Origin: a virus
IMG/VR virus record: IMGVR_UViG_3300042898_006156
Location: 49,560 to 113,559 of that record
Reading direction: 5' to 3' (one strand)
DNA length: 64,000 nucleotides
Shown here: positions 28,018 to 37,267 of the stretch, piece by piece
How positions within the stretch are numbered: the first letter of the stretch is position 1
How the letters are laid out: each line of letters starts with the position of its first letter
Position numbers and translations under genes: made by a program
Notes under the pieces: generated by a model
The model's database searches: none
The model's input: only the letters and a program-made list of their open reading frames with translations
Told to the model about the DNA's origin: nothing

Positions 28018-30462
28018 ATGGATATTATCAAGCGTAATGGTTCAAGAGAGCCATTGAAATTAGAAAAGATCTCCTCACGTATCAAGAAGCTTACATATGG
28101 CTTGAATGAACGTGTAGACCCAGACATTGTAAGTACCAAAGTTGTTTCTGGTCTTTATGATGGTGTTTCTAGTACCGAACTTGATCAGCTAAGTTCTGAA
28201 ACAGCTGCATCTATGGTCACAGTTCATCCTGACTTTGGTAAACTTGCTGCTCGTATTGCAATTACAGCACTATACAAGGATGTTGAAAAAGACTTCTCAG
28301 TTATAGCAAAGAAGCTTTATGACTACATCAATCCCAAGACTGGTGATAAGGCTGGGATGATTTCTGATGAGGTTTATGCTGTCATTCAGAAGTATTCTCA
28401 AGAATTAGATGCAATGATTGTTCACGATCGAGATTTCAATTTTGATTATTTCGGTTTTATGACATTGCGTAAATCTTATCTCTTGAAGATTGATTCACAA
28501 GCTGCAGAAACTCCACAGCATCTTTATATGCGTGTTGCTGTTGGTATTTGGCGTGAAAATTTGGAGATGGTTCAAAAGACTTACGATATGCTCTCTCAAG
28601 GTCTTTTTACTCACGCTACTCCAACTCTTTTTAATGCTTCAACTAATCGCCCTCAACTTTCATCTTGTTTCTTGCTTGATATTGATGATGATAGCATTCC
28701 TGGAATTTATAAGACAATTTCAGACTGTGCGTTAATTTCTCAATCTGCTGGTGGAATTGGCATCAACATTCACAAGATTCGTGCTAAAGGTAGTTATATT
28801 AAGGGTACTAATGGATATTCTAATGGAATCATCCCTATGCTCAAGGTATTCAATGAGACTGCTAGATACGTTGATCAAGGTGGTGGAAAGCGTAAGGGTT
28901 CAATAGCTGTTTATCTTGAGCCTTGGCATGGTGATATCTTTGATTTTCTTGACTTGAGAAAGAATCAAGGTAAGGAAGAATTACGTGCTAGAGACTTGTT
29001 CTTAGCTATGTGGATTCCTGACTTATTTATGAAGCGTGTTGAAGCTGATGGTGATTGGTCATTATTCTCTCCTGATCAAGTTCCAGGATTGATTGATGCA
29101 TACGATTCTCCAGACAAGAAATCTTTTACTGAGCTTTTTGAGAAGTATGAAGCTGAAGGTAAAGCACTCAAGACTATTAAGGCTCGTGAGTTGTGGGAAA
29201 AGATTTTAGATTCACAAGTTGAAACTGGTACTCCTTATATGCTTTACAAAGATGCGTGTAATTATAAGAGCAATCAGAAGAATCTTGGAACAATCAAATC
29301 TTCAAATTTGTGCACAGAAATTTTAGAATATACGGATAAGAATGAGATTGCCGTATGTAATCTTGCTTCTGTTGCATTGCCTAAATATGTACTTATTCCA
29401 TCTGGCAAAGTTCGTGAGAAGGATAAGAAATTACGTAAATATGACTTTAAATTCTTATATGAAGTTGTTTACCAAGCAACAGTTAATTTGAATCAAGTTA
29501 TTGATGTAAATTTCTACCCAACTCCTGAAACAAAGAATTCAAATAACAAGCATCGTCCAATTGGCTTGGGTGTTCAAGGTTTGGCTGACACCTTTGTTAT
29601 GATGGGTTTACCTTTCGAATCAGATGAAGCAAAGAAATTGAACAAAGATATCTTTGAAACAATTTATTTTGCTGCTCTTACTGCGTCTAAGGATTTGGCA
29701 AAGAAACATGGCTCTTATGCGTCTTTTGAAGGATCTCCAGCATCTCAAGGTTTATTACAATATGACCTATGGGGACTTACTGAAAATGATCTTTCCGGTA
29801 TGTGGAATTTTTCAGCGCTCAAAGAAGAAATCAAGCAATTTGGTTTGAGAAATTCACTTCTTGTTGCTCCAATGCCTACCGCTTCAACAGCACAGATTCT
29901 TGGAAATAATGAGTGTTTCGAGCCTTTTACTACCAATCTCTATAAGCGTAATACGTTGAGTGGTGAATATGCTGTTATCAATAAGCATTTAGTAGAAGAT
30001 CTTGTAAATCTTGGCATCTGGAGTGACAATGTTAGATTGAAGCTATTCAATGAGAATGGTTCAGTTCAAAACATTCCTGAAATTCCTACTGATATCAAAG
30101 AAGTTTATAAGACAGTTTGGGAGATGAAGGGCAAGTCTATTCTTGAAATGGCTCGTGATCGTTCATATTTTATTGATCAATCACAATCATTGAATATGTT
30201 TATGGCTGAACCTACTCCAAGTAAATTATCTTCTGCTCACATGTATGGTTGGAAATTAGGATTGAAGACAGGTATGTACTACCTACGTGTCAAACCTAAA
30301 GCACAAGCATTAAAGGGACTTGGAATTGATCTTTCTAGTGCATCTATCCAAGAGGTAGAAAAACCTAAAGAAGTAGAACAAATGAAGGATTTTAATGCTG
30401 AAGAATTTGCTGCTAAAGTATGTTCTTTATCTGATCCGGATTGTGAAAGCTGCGGAGCATAA
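28018..30462 (+). CDS. nrdA: Ribonucleotide reductase class Ia alpha subunit with ATP cone
   Basis: IIKRNG ATP cone, ATPTLFN, QLSSCFL, SNLCTEI, CNLAS, APMPTAS, KTGMYY, C-terminal CESC. Confidence 0.97.
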   Translation: MDIIKRNGSREPLKLEKISSRIKKLTYGLNERVDPDIVSTKVVSGLYDGVSSTELDQLSSETAASMVTVHPDFGKLAARIAITALYKDVEKDFSVIAKKLYDYINPKTGDKAGMISDEVYAVIQKYSQELDAMIVHDRDFNFDYFGFMTLRKSYLLKIDSQAAETPQHLYMRVAVGIWRENLEMVQKTYDMLSQGLFTHATPTLFNASTNRPQLSSCFLLDIDDDSIPGIYKTISDCALISQSAGGIGINIHKIRAKGSYIKGTNGYSNGIIPMLKVFNETARYVDQGGGKRKGSIAVYLEPWHGDIFDFLDLRKNQGKEELRARDLFLAMWIPDLFMKRVEADGDWSLFSPDQVPGLIDAYDSPDKKSFTELFEKYEAEGKALKTIKARELWEKILDSQVETGTPYMLYKDACNYKSNQKNLGTIKSSNLCTEILEYTDKNEIAVCNLASVALPKYVLIPSGKVREKDKKLRKYDFKFLYEVVYQATVNLNQVIDVNFYPTPETKNSNNKHRPIGLGVQGLADTFVMMGLPFESDEAKKLNKDIFETIYFAALTASKDLAKKHGSYASFEGSPASQGLLQYDLWGLTENDLSGMWNFSALKEEIKQFGLRNSLLVAPMPTASTAQILGNNECFEPFTTNLYKRNTLSGEYAVINKHLVEDLVNLGIWSDNVRLKLFNENGSVQNIPEIPTDIKEVYKTVWEMKGKSILEMARDRSYFIDQSQSLNMFMAEPTPSKLSSAHMYGWKLGLKTGMYYLRVKPKAQALKGLGIDLSSASIQEVEKPKEVEQMKDFNAEEFAAKVCSLSDPDCESCGA

Positions 30463-30493
30463 AAAAAGAGGGGAGAAATCCCCTCTTTTTTTT
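30461..30493. terminator. Bidirectional rho-independent terminator
   Basis: AAAAAAAGAGGGGA-GAAA-TCCCCTCTTTTTTT between convergent genes. Confidence 0.9.
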
Positions 30494-30854
30494 ATTTTGG
30501 TTTATAGTACATAGTTCTGGAAAATGTATCTGTCAAATCATAATCTTTTCTTTTTCCAGCATTATCTACAAATTCATTTCGCTCATAAAATCTTTGAAGT
30601 GCACCCTTTTTGCCTTTCTCAGGTTCAGGGTTTAAAACAATTGGCTTGCTTACTCTTTGGCTATAATCTTTAAGAGCAGTAATTATTTCTGTTCCTATAC
30701 CCATACCTCTCATCTCTTTTGGTATGAATATTTTATCTAATTTGATTTTGTTTTCAAATTCATTGATTCTTAAAACAATTTCTGGATATTTATTCATAAA
30801 AAAATTGATTAATTCTTGAATATCATTTTGATTTTGAGCAAGTCGATACCACAT
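30492..30854 (-). CDS. GNAT-family acetyltransferase with MWY leader
   Basis: LDKIFIPKEMRGMGIGT (motif A), LQRFYERNEF; ATG at 30854 gives MWYRLAQ (track start 30869). Confidence 0.8.
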   Translation of the reverse strand: MWYRLAQNQNDIQELINFFMNKYPEIVLRINEFENKIKLDKIFIPKEMRGMGIGTEIITALKDYSQRVSKPIVLNPEPEKGKKGALQRFYERNEFVDNAGKRKDYDLTDTFSRTMYYKPK

Positions 30855-30855
30855 A

Positions 30856-32790
30856 TTATTTCCTAACAACTTGCGCTTGTTTGGATTTGTAATAATTTAG
30901 TAATTCTTGTTTTTGGGCTTCCGACCATTCATTGAGATTATAAATTCTCATAAAAATAGGTCCTTTAATTTTTATATTGCTGGCCATCAATTTATCTATT
31001 GCCTTTATAGCTGATTGAAAAGTAATTTTTAATTTTGTATTATTTTGAATTAACTTTTCATATTTTTCTTTCAAGCTCATTATTTTAATATATAAATCAT
31101 TTGCAATTTTCTGTTTGACATTTTCTAATGAGTTCTTAGTGAAATTATCTTGCTCTAAAGTTTGATTTATTTTTTGCTTGACAATATTTGGATCTAGCGT
31201 ATAAGCAGTTGAGGCGATTTGATAAGGCGAATGCATACCTTGATATGTTGGTTTGCTTGTTTGTGAAATTTGGAAGTCATATAAGAAAAAATCTTCAGGA
31301 TTATTAAAAGTCAACGGAGGAAAAATTGTCTTAATTAATTGCTGATATATTCTGTCAATATTTGCCTGATCATCAATATACTTAGAATTTTTTGTTGATA
31401 TGGCATTAATAATTTTTTGCCCAATTTCATATTCATATTGATTGGCTAGTACCATTTCATCCAATAAAGAAACTTGTGGTATTTTTTGCAAATCAGATTT
31501 ATTTGGAAAACCTGCAGACATGAAATATCTTACAGCTTCGGGCATTAATTTATTTTTAAAATATCTAAATTCTTTATTGTCAGGAGTGAAATGAAATGGC
31601 ATACCATCATATTTCATCCATTCCATAACTTTTTGACCAATTGATGATTCGTAAATATCCAAATGTTGGTCAATAAAATCTTTAATATTTTTTGGTAAGT
31701 AAAAATTGTTTATAAGTTGATTAATTGGACTTATTTTTTCTCTATCTTTGAAAGTAAAATTTTTATAATTGAAAGAAGATGGATCTTTGGTTTTATCCAA
31801 TGATAAAGATAACCTGTAAAGTGCTAACTCTAATTCATCTTGAGAAACAGGTTCTATACTAAAAAAATATTCATTTTTATTCAAGAATCCTACAATATCA
31901 TTTATTTTTTGTTGATCATTGATTAAATTTTTTGCATATTCGTGTTTGTCACCAGAAAATTTATCTATTGCATTTTGAAATGCCCCAACTAAAGTACTCA
32001 ATCTTCTTGATTTAAGGTTCGTAGTTGTATCAGATTTAGATAATTGACCTTTTTGCTTCAAAGAATCAAATTTTATATCAGAACCAAAATCTTTAAAGCT
32101 GCTAGGATTTTTTTTGACTTCTTGTCTTACAATATCTAACAACTGATTTTGTCTGATATTTTGCTCAGAAGTTTCTGGGAATCTATACTCAAACCCCATC
32201 AATGATAATATTTCGTAACCTTCAGCAAATGCCTCGAACTTATTCGTTTTTGCGTAGCCAGTTGGAGCCATTCTTTGATATTTCTTCATGTCTTGATTAC
32301 TACGATCTAGTCGTGTTGATTTATCAATAGCGTGTCCAATCTCATGATTTAATGAAGACATAATATAATCGAAATTAATAAATATTTTATCACTTGTGGG
32401 TTCATACAAACCTGTCCAAGGCAAGTTTTTATTAATACCTATGTTAGTTAAAACTGTGCCTCCGCCTTCTTTGCCCACATTTATATCAAGACCCTTTGAA
32501 GCAATAGTGTTTAAGGCTCCTTTAGGGTATAATGCAAAAACATTCATTACAGTAGAAAAAATTTCATTGATTTGAGATTGAACTAAATTTTTAAATGTTT
32601 CCAAAGTTAACTTAGATTTTGATTCTGTTTGTAGTTTTGAATCACCACCAGGTAAACTTTGATATATATTAACAGTTGGATACTCAGGCAATCCATTAGA
32701 AGTCAAAGTACTTTTCAAAGAAATTTTTAAAAAATTTCCTTCTTGGGTAATATTATAGTTAAATTTATTCTGAGCTGTTTTGTACCACAT
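30856..32790 (-). CDS. Putative virion cargo protein with zincin (lethal-factor-like) metallopeptidase domain and MWY leader
   Basis: MWYKTAQ; GLYEP...LNHEIGHAID...YAKTNKFEAFAEGY. Confidence 0.75.
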   Translation of the reverse strand: MWYKTAQNKFNYNITQEGNFLKISLKSTLTSNGLPEYPTVNIYQSLPGGDSKLQTESKSKLTLETFKNLVQSQINEIFSTVMNVFALYPKGALNTIASKGLDINVGKEGGGTVLTNIGINKNLPWTGLYEPTSDKIFINFDYIMSSLNHEIGHAIDKSTRLDRSNQDMKKYQRMAPTGYAKTNKFEAFAEGYEILSLMGFEYRFPETSEQNIRQNQLLDIVRQEVKKNPSSFKDFGSDIKFDSLKQKGQLSKSDTTTNLKSRRLSTLVGAFQNAIDKFSGDKHEYAKNLINDQQKINDIVGFLNKNEYFFSIEPVSQDELELALYRLSLSLDKTKDPSSFNYKNFTFKDREKISPINQLINNFYLPKNIKDFIDQHLDIYESSIGQKVMEWMKYDGMPFHFTPDNKEFRYFKNKLMPEAVRYFMSAGFPNKSDLQKIPQVSLLDEMVLANQYEYEIGQKIINAISTKNSKYIDDQANIDRIYQQLIKTIFPPLTFNNPEDFFLYDFQISQTSKPTYQGMHSPYQIASTAYTLDPNIVKQKINQTLEQDNFTKNSLENVKQKIANDLYIKIMSLKEKYEKLIQNNTKLKITFQSAIKAIDKLMASNIKIKGPIFMRIYNLNEWSEAQKQELLNYYKSKQAQVVRK

Positions 32791-32828
32791 ACCTTTCTTT
32801 TTACTTCAAAAACGGGTAAAATCCTTGT

Positions 32829-33146
32829 ATGGCAAAATCAGTAGTTAGAGAAGTAAAAATTTTAGATGCAGTATTGAAAGAAGATGAAGGCACTGAAGAT
32901 GAGCCTACAATTGTTCAATTTATTTGGCTTCAACTTCAAGATGTAAAGTCTGAAAGAGTATATACTGCTGTGTTATCACTGGAAGATATTAAAGATTTGA
33001 CAAAGATGGATCGTTATTTAGAAGGTCGTGAACTGATAAATTTCAGCATTGCTCTTAAGAATCGTGAGCATCCATTGTCTCTTATATTTAATCCAGAAGA
33101 CCAAGAGATTACTGTAGATATGATTAAGAATGAGGAAGGTATTTAA
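32829..33146 (+). CDS. Hypothetical protein
   Basis: 105-aa ORF; TAAAAT 6 nt upstream of ATG. Confidence 0.7.
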   Translation: MAKSVVREVKILDAVLKEDEGTEDEPTIVQFIWLQLQDVKSERVYTAVLSLEDIKDLTKMDRYLEGRELINFSIALKNREHPLSLIFNPEDQEITVDMIKNEEGI

Positions 33147-33147
33147 C

Positions 33148-33669
33148 ATGGCAGCATCAGGAAGTGGACAGGTATCAGTATCAGGTCCTAGTGGTTACAA
33201 AGCAACAGTTGAAATTAAGGCTTTTCGTGAGGATGCAATTATCCCTAAGAAGGCTACAGAAAGTGCAGCAGGATATGATCTTTGTGCTTGGCTGAAAGAT
33301 TCTTATGATGAGCAAACTCTTGTTACTCCTCATTCAACTTTGATTGTTCCCACTGGTCTCAATGTAAATATTCCAAATGGTTACGAAATTCAAATTCGAC
33401 CTCGTTCTGGTTTGGCTGCTAAATTTGGTGTTACTGTTCTTAATACTCCAGGTACTATTGACAGTGATTATTGTGGTGATGGCGAAGATTTTGAACTTAA
33501 GGTAATTCTTATCAATCATAACAAGATTCCATTTTCTATCAAGCACGGAGATCGAATTGCTCAAATGGTTGTAGCAAAGTTGGCTGATCACGAACTTGTT
33601 GAAGTTGAAGAATTTGGTAAGACTGATAAGACATCTCGTAAGGGTGGATTGGGTAGTACAGGCAAGTAA
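33148..33669 (+). CDS. dut: Trimeric dUTPase
   Basis: AAGYDL, RPRSGLA, GTIDSDY, DRIAQMV, RKGGLGSTG; ATG 33148 with GAGGAAGG RBS (track start 33130). Confidence 0.95.
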   Translation: MAASGSGQVSVSGPSGYKATVEIKAFREDAIIPKKATESAAGYDLCAWLKDSYDEQTLVTPHSTLIVPTGLNVNIPNGYEIQIRPRSGLAAKFGVTVLNTPGTIDSDYCGDGEDFELKVILINHNKIPFSIKHGDRIAQMVVAKLADHELVEVEEFGKTDKTSRKGGLGSTGK

Positions 33670-34046
33670 TGGAACATAATATTGATCAAGCCACAAAAAA
33701 TTACACTATTTTTTGTGATTTAGACGGAACACTTTGGGAGCAAGGCGATCCTACAGAAATTGCTAAACCTGGATATCAACCAAAAATTATTCACGGAACT
33801 GTAGAGAAGATTCGTGAATGGGATAGCAAGGGTTTCAAAATTATTCTCACTACTGGCAGAAAAGAAAGTTTGCGTGATGTTACGGTCAAGCAGCTTTCTT
33901 ACGCTGGTGTTGTTTATGATCAACTAGTTATGGGCATTGGTGGTGGGTCTAGGGTTCTTATTAACGATTTAAGAGCTAATGGAGACCAATCTGCTTTTGT
34001 TTATCAGCCAGCACGTAATGAAGGAATTGCAGGTATTAATTTATGA
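33669..34046 (+). CDS. Small HAD-superfamily phosphatase
   Basis: IFCDLDGTL, ILTTGR, LINDL. Confidence 0.8.
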   Translation: MEHNIDQATKNYTIFCDLDGTLWEQGDPTEIAKPGYQPKIIHGTVEKIREWDSKGFKIILTTGRKESLRDVTVKQLSYAGVVYDQLVMGIGGGSRVLINDLRANGDQSAFVYQPARNEGIAGINL

Positions 34047-34378
34047 TACATCCAGAATTTAAAAAGTTTGTGAACTTAATTGGTCACGATATTACAATTT
34101 CAGGACACGCTACATTGCCTAGATGTGAGAATCCTTGCCGAATAGAAACCAAGCAAAGAATTGTTGCTTATTTGTCTGGAATTCCTATTGCTGAAACTCA
34201 CTTTGAAAAAATTGTAAATCTTCCTGATTCTGAAGATGGTGTTTATTACATTGTAAGCAGAATTGTAATGGACTTTGTTCCATTTGATCGTGAAGATGTA
34301 TTTAGTGTTGATACTGGTCCAACAGCAATTCGTGATCAAAGTGGACAAGTAGTAGCGGTTACACAGCTATCATTATGA
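34043..34378 (+). CDS. Conserved phage hypothetical protein
   Basis: VNLIGHDI...LPDSEDGVYYIVS...IRDQSGQVVAV resembles a pattern seen in small phage proteins; function unknown. Confidence 0.65.
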   Translation: MIHPEFKKFVNLIGHDITISGHATLPRCENPCRIETKQRIVAYLSGIPIAETHFEKIVNLPDSEDGVYYIVSRIVMDFVPFDREDVFSVDTGPTAIRDQSGQVVAVTQLSL

Positions 34379-34857
34379 GTGATCCAGAATTTATTGAGTC
34401 CATTGAATGCAAAGAAATTGCAGAAAAGCTCGTTTCTAAATATTATCCCTTTTTAGGATATGTAAATTTAGATTTAGTTCATTTTGTAGAGATGGATGGA
34501 TATAAAGGAAAGAATGCCCCGCCATATATTATGTCGGGGCTAACTCAATCTTGGGCTAGGGGAATTTTACAATCTCTTGGTAATGGAAAAGTTTACTGCC
34601 TTGGTGTGTGGTCTGACTTATGGGAAGAATTAGAACAATCTAAAAAGGAATGGATTATTTTCCGTTGCTTATATTCGATAAGTCCCTCATTGGATGGTAA
34701 AATTCGTACATTCGATGTTCAAGATTATGGCTTTATTACAGAATATTTTGTTAGATCTGGATTTGGCCCTTATTGGATGTCCAAGGAAGGTTTACCGTCT
34801 CTTTTAGAAGGTACTCACGCCTTATCTCTTATATTACCGATGGAAGATGATGATTAG
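34375..34857 (+). CDS. Putative phage metallopeptidase-fold protein lacking HExxH
   Basis: WEELEQSKKEWIIFRCLYSI...IRTFDVQDY mirrors the W..L...Q..ALI.HEL.H...HDV pattern without the metal ligands. Confidence 0.5.
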   Translation: MSDPEFIESIECKEIAEKLVSKYYPFLGYVNLDLVHFVEMDGYKGKNAPPYIMSGLTQSWARGILQSLGNGKVYCLGVWSDLWEELEQSKKEWIIFRCLYSISPSLDGKIRTFDVQDYGFITEYFVRSGFGPYWMSKEGLPSLLEGTHALSLILPMEDDD

Positions 34858-35908
34858 TCAAAGCTATTACAATAAATATCGCCCTAAAACATTCAAAGAT
34901 ATAAAGGGCAGTAAGTCAGCAGATATTCTTGAAATTCAAATTAAGAATAACAGAACTACTCACGCCTATATTTTTGCTGGCCCTCCTGGTACTGGTAAGA
35001 CAACTCTTGCTCGTGTTGCTTCAGCTCATCTTCTTTGCAATGAAGGCCAAGATGATTTGAAAGATATGGTCTTAACTGATGAGCATCCAGATGTTTATGA
35101 AATTAATTGTGCTGTAAATAATGGTGTTGATCATATCCGAGAAAATGTTGTTCAATTATCTCGTCTTGCTCCAACACTAGGTAAATATAAGATTTTTATC
35201 CTTGATGAAGCTCAAATGCTAACCACTCAAGCTCAAACATCTCTTATCAAGCTTACTGAAGAACCGCCAGCATATGTAAAATTTTTCTTTTGCACTACAG
35301 ATCCACATAAAATTCTTCGTGCTATCCATACTCGTTGCCAGACATTTATGATGAAGAAGTTGACTAAACAAAATTTAGTTGAATTACTTACAGAAGTTTG
35401 TGAGAAAGAAAATCTTGTTTTTGAAGAAGAGGCATTAAATCTTATTGCTACTGATGCTGAAGGTAGTGCTAGAACAGCTTTATCTATTCTTGAGCAAGCT
35501 TCTTACAAAGATATATCTGAAGAAAACATCAGAGAATTGCTTGATAGATCTCCAAAACAGCTTGCAATAGACCTTTCTTACACAATAATTAATGAAGATT
35601 TTGCTAATGCGTTTAGAATAATTCAATCAGCTAACGCAGAAGGAAGAAATTTAGGTAATTTATTATCAGAAACATCACAAATCTTCATTACTGCTTTTAA
35701 GTATATTGTTATTAAAACAAAAAAGGTGGAAAGAGATGAGGATATAGAAAATATAGCCAAGTCTGTTGATACTTTGTTGCTTATAGATATCGCAGAACAA
35801 TTGTATAATATTTCAAAAGATATAAGGCAAACTGTCTCAGAGGATATCGTTGCAACTACTGGTGTCCTCAAAATTATAGAAAAGTACGCAAATAGGGAAA
35901 AGGCGTAA
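34847..35908 (+). CDS. dnaX: Clamp loader gamma/tau subunit
   Basis: KYRPKTF, HAYIFAGPPGTGKTT, IFILDEAQML, EEPP, TRCQ, GSAR. Confidence 0.93.
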   Translation: MMISQSYYNKYRPKTFKDIKGSKSADILEIQIKNNRTTHAYIFAGPPGTGKTTLARVASAHLLCNEGQDDLKDMVLTDEHPDVYEINCAVNNGVDHIRENVVQLSRLAPTLGKYKIFILDEAQMLTTQAQTSLIKLTEEPPAYVKFFFCTTDPHKILRAIHTRCQTFMMKKLTKQNLVELLTEVCEKENLVFEEEALNLIATDAEGSARTALSILEQASYKDISEENIRELLDRSPKQLAIDLSYTIINEDFANAFRIIQSANAEGRNLGNLLSETSQIFITAFKYIVIKTKKVERDEDIENIAKSVDTLLLIDIAEQLYNISKDIRQTVSEDIVATTGVLKIIEKYANREKA

Positions 35909-35948
35909 AAAGAAGTTTTTTTAATGAATTGTGCCTTCGGGAGTTTTG

Positions 35949-36638
35949 ATGGCAACCGAAGATTTCAGAATAGTCAGAATAGTAAATAGAGCTAAAGCAG
36001 GAAACCAAGCAGCATTTAAAAAGTTGCTTAAGATGGTAGAACCAGATCTCAAGAAGATTGCACCACACTTTTTCATAGTCGGCGGAGACAGAGAAGATGT
36101 AATGCAAGAATTGAGATTAGGTGTATTTAAAGCGGTAAATTCCTACGATTGCACTAAAGACACAACATTTAAGAACTTTTGCGTAAATTTAGTTTGTAAA
36201 AGACATCTTGCAACAGCTATAGCGTCAGCGAAAAGAATGAAGAATTCAGCTTTGAATGATTCTATTTCGCTAGACGCTCCTTTTATTTTAAATGATGATG
36301 GTAATTTCCATTCATTAGGAGACTATATTCCTGATAAGAAAAATCCTTATGATGAATCTCCAGAAGTAAATTTAGTTGAAGATATTATTGTTAGACAAGA
36401 ATTAGAATTAAATTCAGAAATGTTGATGGATAAACTCACTTCATTAGAAGCAGACATTTTTGTTGAATATGGTCACAATTCATCATACAAAGAAATTTCT
36501 CACACCTTGAATGTTCCAGCTAAATGTGTTGACAATGCACTCACTAGAATTAGAAAAAAAGCATCTGAGGTTTATGTTCAATTCAAAGATGATGAGAACA
36601 ATGATGCTACTCATAAGAAGCCAAAAGGTAGATCATGA
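35949..36638 (+). CDS. sigH: sigmaH (Spo0H)-like RNA polymerase sigma factor
   Basis: FFIVGGDREDVMQE, FKNFCVNLVCKRHLATAIASAKRMKNSALNDSISLDAP, LTSLE, SYKEIS, KCVDNALTRIRKK closely follow SigH (YFLIGADREDIVQE...KSIDNALQRVKRK); ATG 35949 with GGGAG RBS (track start 35931). Confidence 0.9.
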   Translation: MATEDFRIVRIVNRAKAGNQAAFKKLLKMVEPDLKKIAPHFFIVGGDREDVMQELRLGVFKAVNSYDCTKDTTFKNFCVNLVCKRHLATAIASAKRMKNSALNDSISLDAPFILNDDGNFHSLGDYIPDKKNPYDESPEVNLVEDIIVRQELELNSEMLMDKLTSLEADIFVEYGHNSSYKEISHTLNVPAKCVDNALTRIRKKASEVYVQFKDDENNDATHKKPKGRS

Positions 36639-37267
36639 TAAACTTTCTTCGCACAGCATCTGTTTTGGATATCTTAGGATGCTTCAAACTTGCAGATAAA
36701 TTTACCAAAGTAGCAATTGATTCTTCTGATTTGGATTTTGATCAGGTATATAAAAATCCTCAGACATTTTCTGATTTTGCCTTAACCAGAGCTAGAAAAG
36801 AAGGCAAAGATCCTATTGAAGTTTTAGGTGATGATAACTTCACTTTTGATCGTTCAAAAGATCCTTTAGAACAAATTTCTGACAAACATAAAGGCACAAG
36901 AAAACATTTTGAGCTTTATCCTCAAATTTTATTATTTCCTGAAAGTGGTGTTTGGAAATTTTTCTTTATGGATCCTTTGTCATTTAAGGCATTATCAAGA
37001 GGGTCTGATAAAGAAGGTAAACTAATTACAGATCAATTGTCTATTCCTGGTTTAGAAGAATTATATAGTGATGAAGAAGATGCAGAAGAAATTCATCATG
37101 AGGTTGTTTTCACCACTAATTTACCATTAGAAGATTACAGCAAAGACGAAGCTATAAGTAGAATAAGACAAAAATTCCCTGATGCCCACATTGATTATCA
37201 AATGAATGGTGTGGATGACAGGGAATTTTTTGATGAAGAAAAAGATATAGATTTATCTTCTTCTTAA
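36635..37267 (+). CDS. Acidic protein with short helical leader (putative virion cargo)
   Basis: MINFLRTASVLDILGCFKLADKFTKVA leader. Confidence 0.7.
   Translation: MINFLRTASVLDILGCFKLADKFTKVAIDSSDLDFDQVYKNPQTFSDFALTRARKEGKDPIEVLGDDNFTFDRSKDPLEQISDKHKGTRKHFELYPQILLFPESGVWKFFFMDPLSFKALSRGSDKEGKLITDQLSIPGLEELYSDEEDAEEIHHEVVFTTNLPLEDYSKDEAISRIRQKFPDAHIDYQMNGVDDREFFDEEKDIDLSSS

Noticed and set aside
32801-32827. Exact late promoter upstream of 32790 (and of 41628, 45507, 56758)
   Set aside because: GG-containing -35-like elements are present, but the spacing or -10 element deviates (17 or 19 nt, or AAAA), so they were not counted as motif instances
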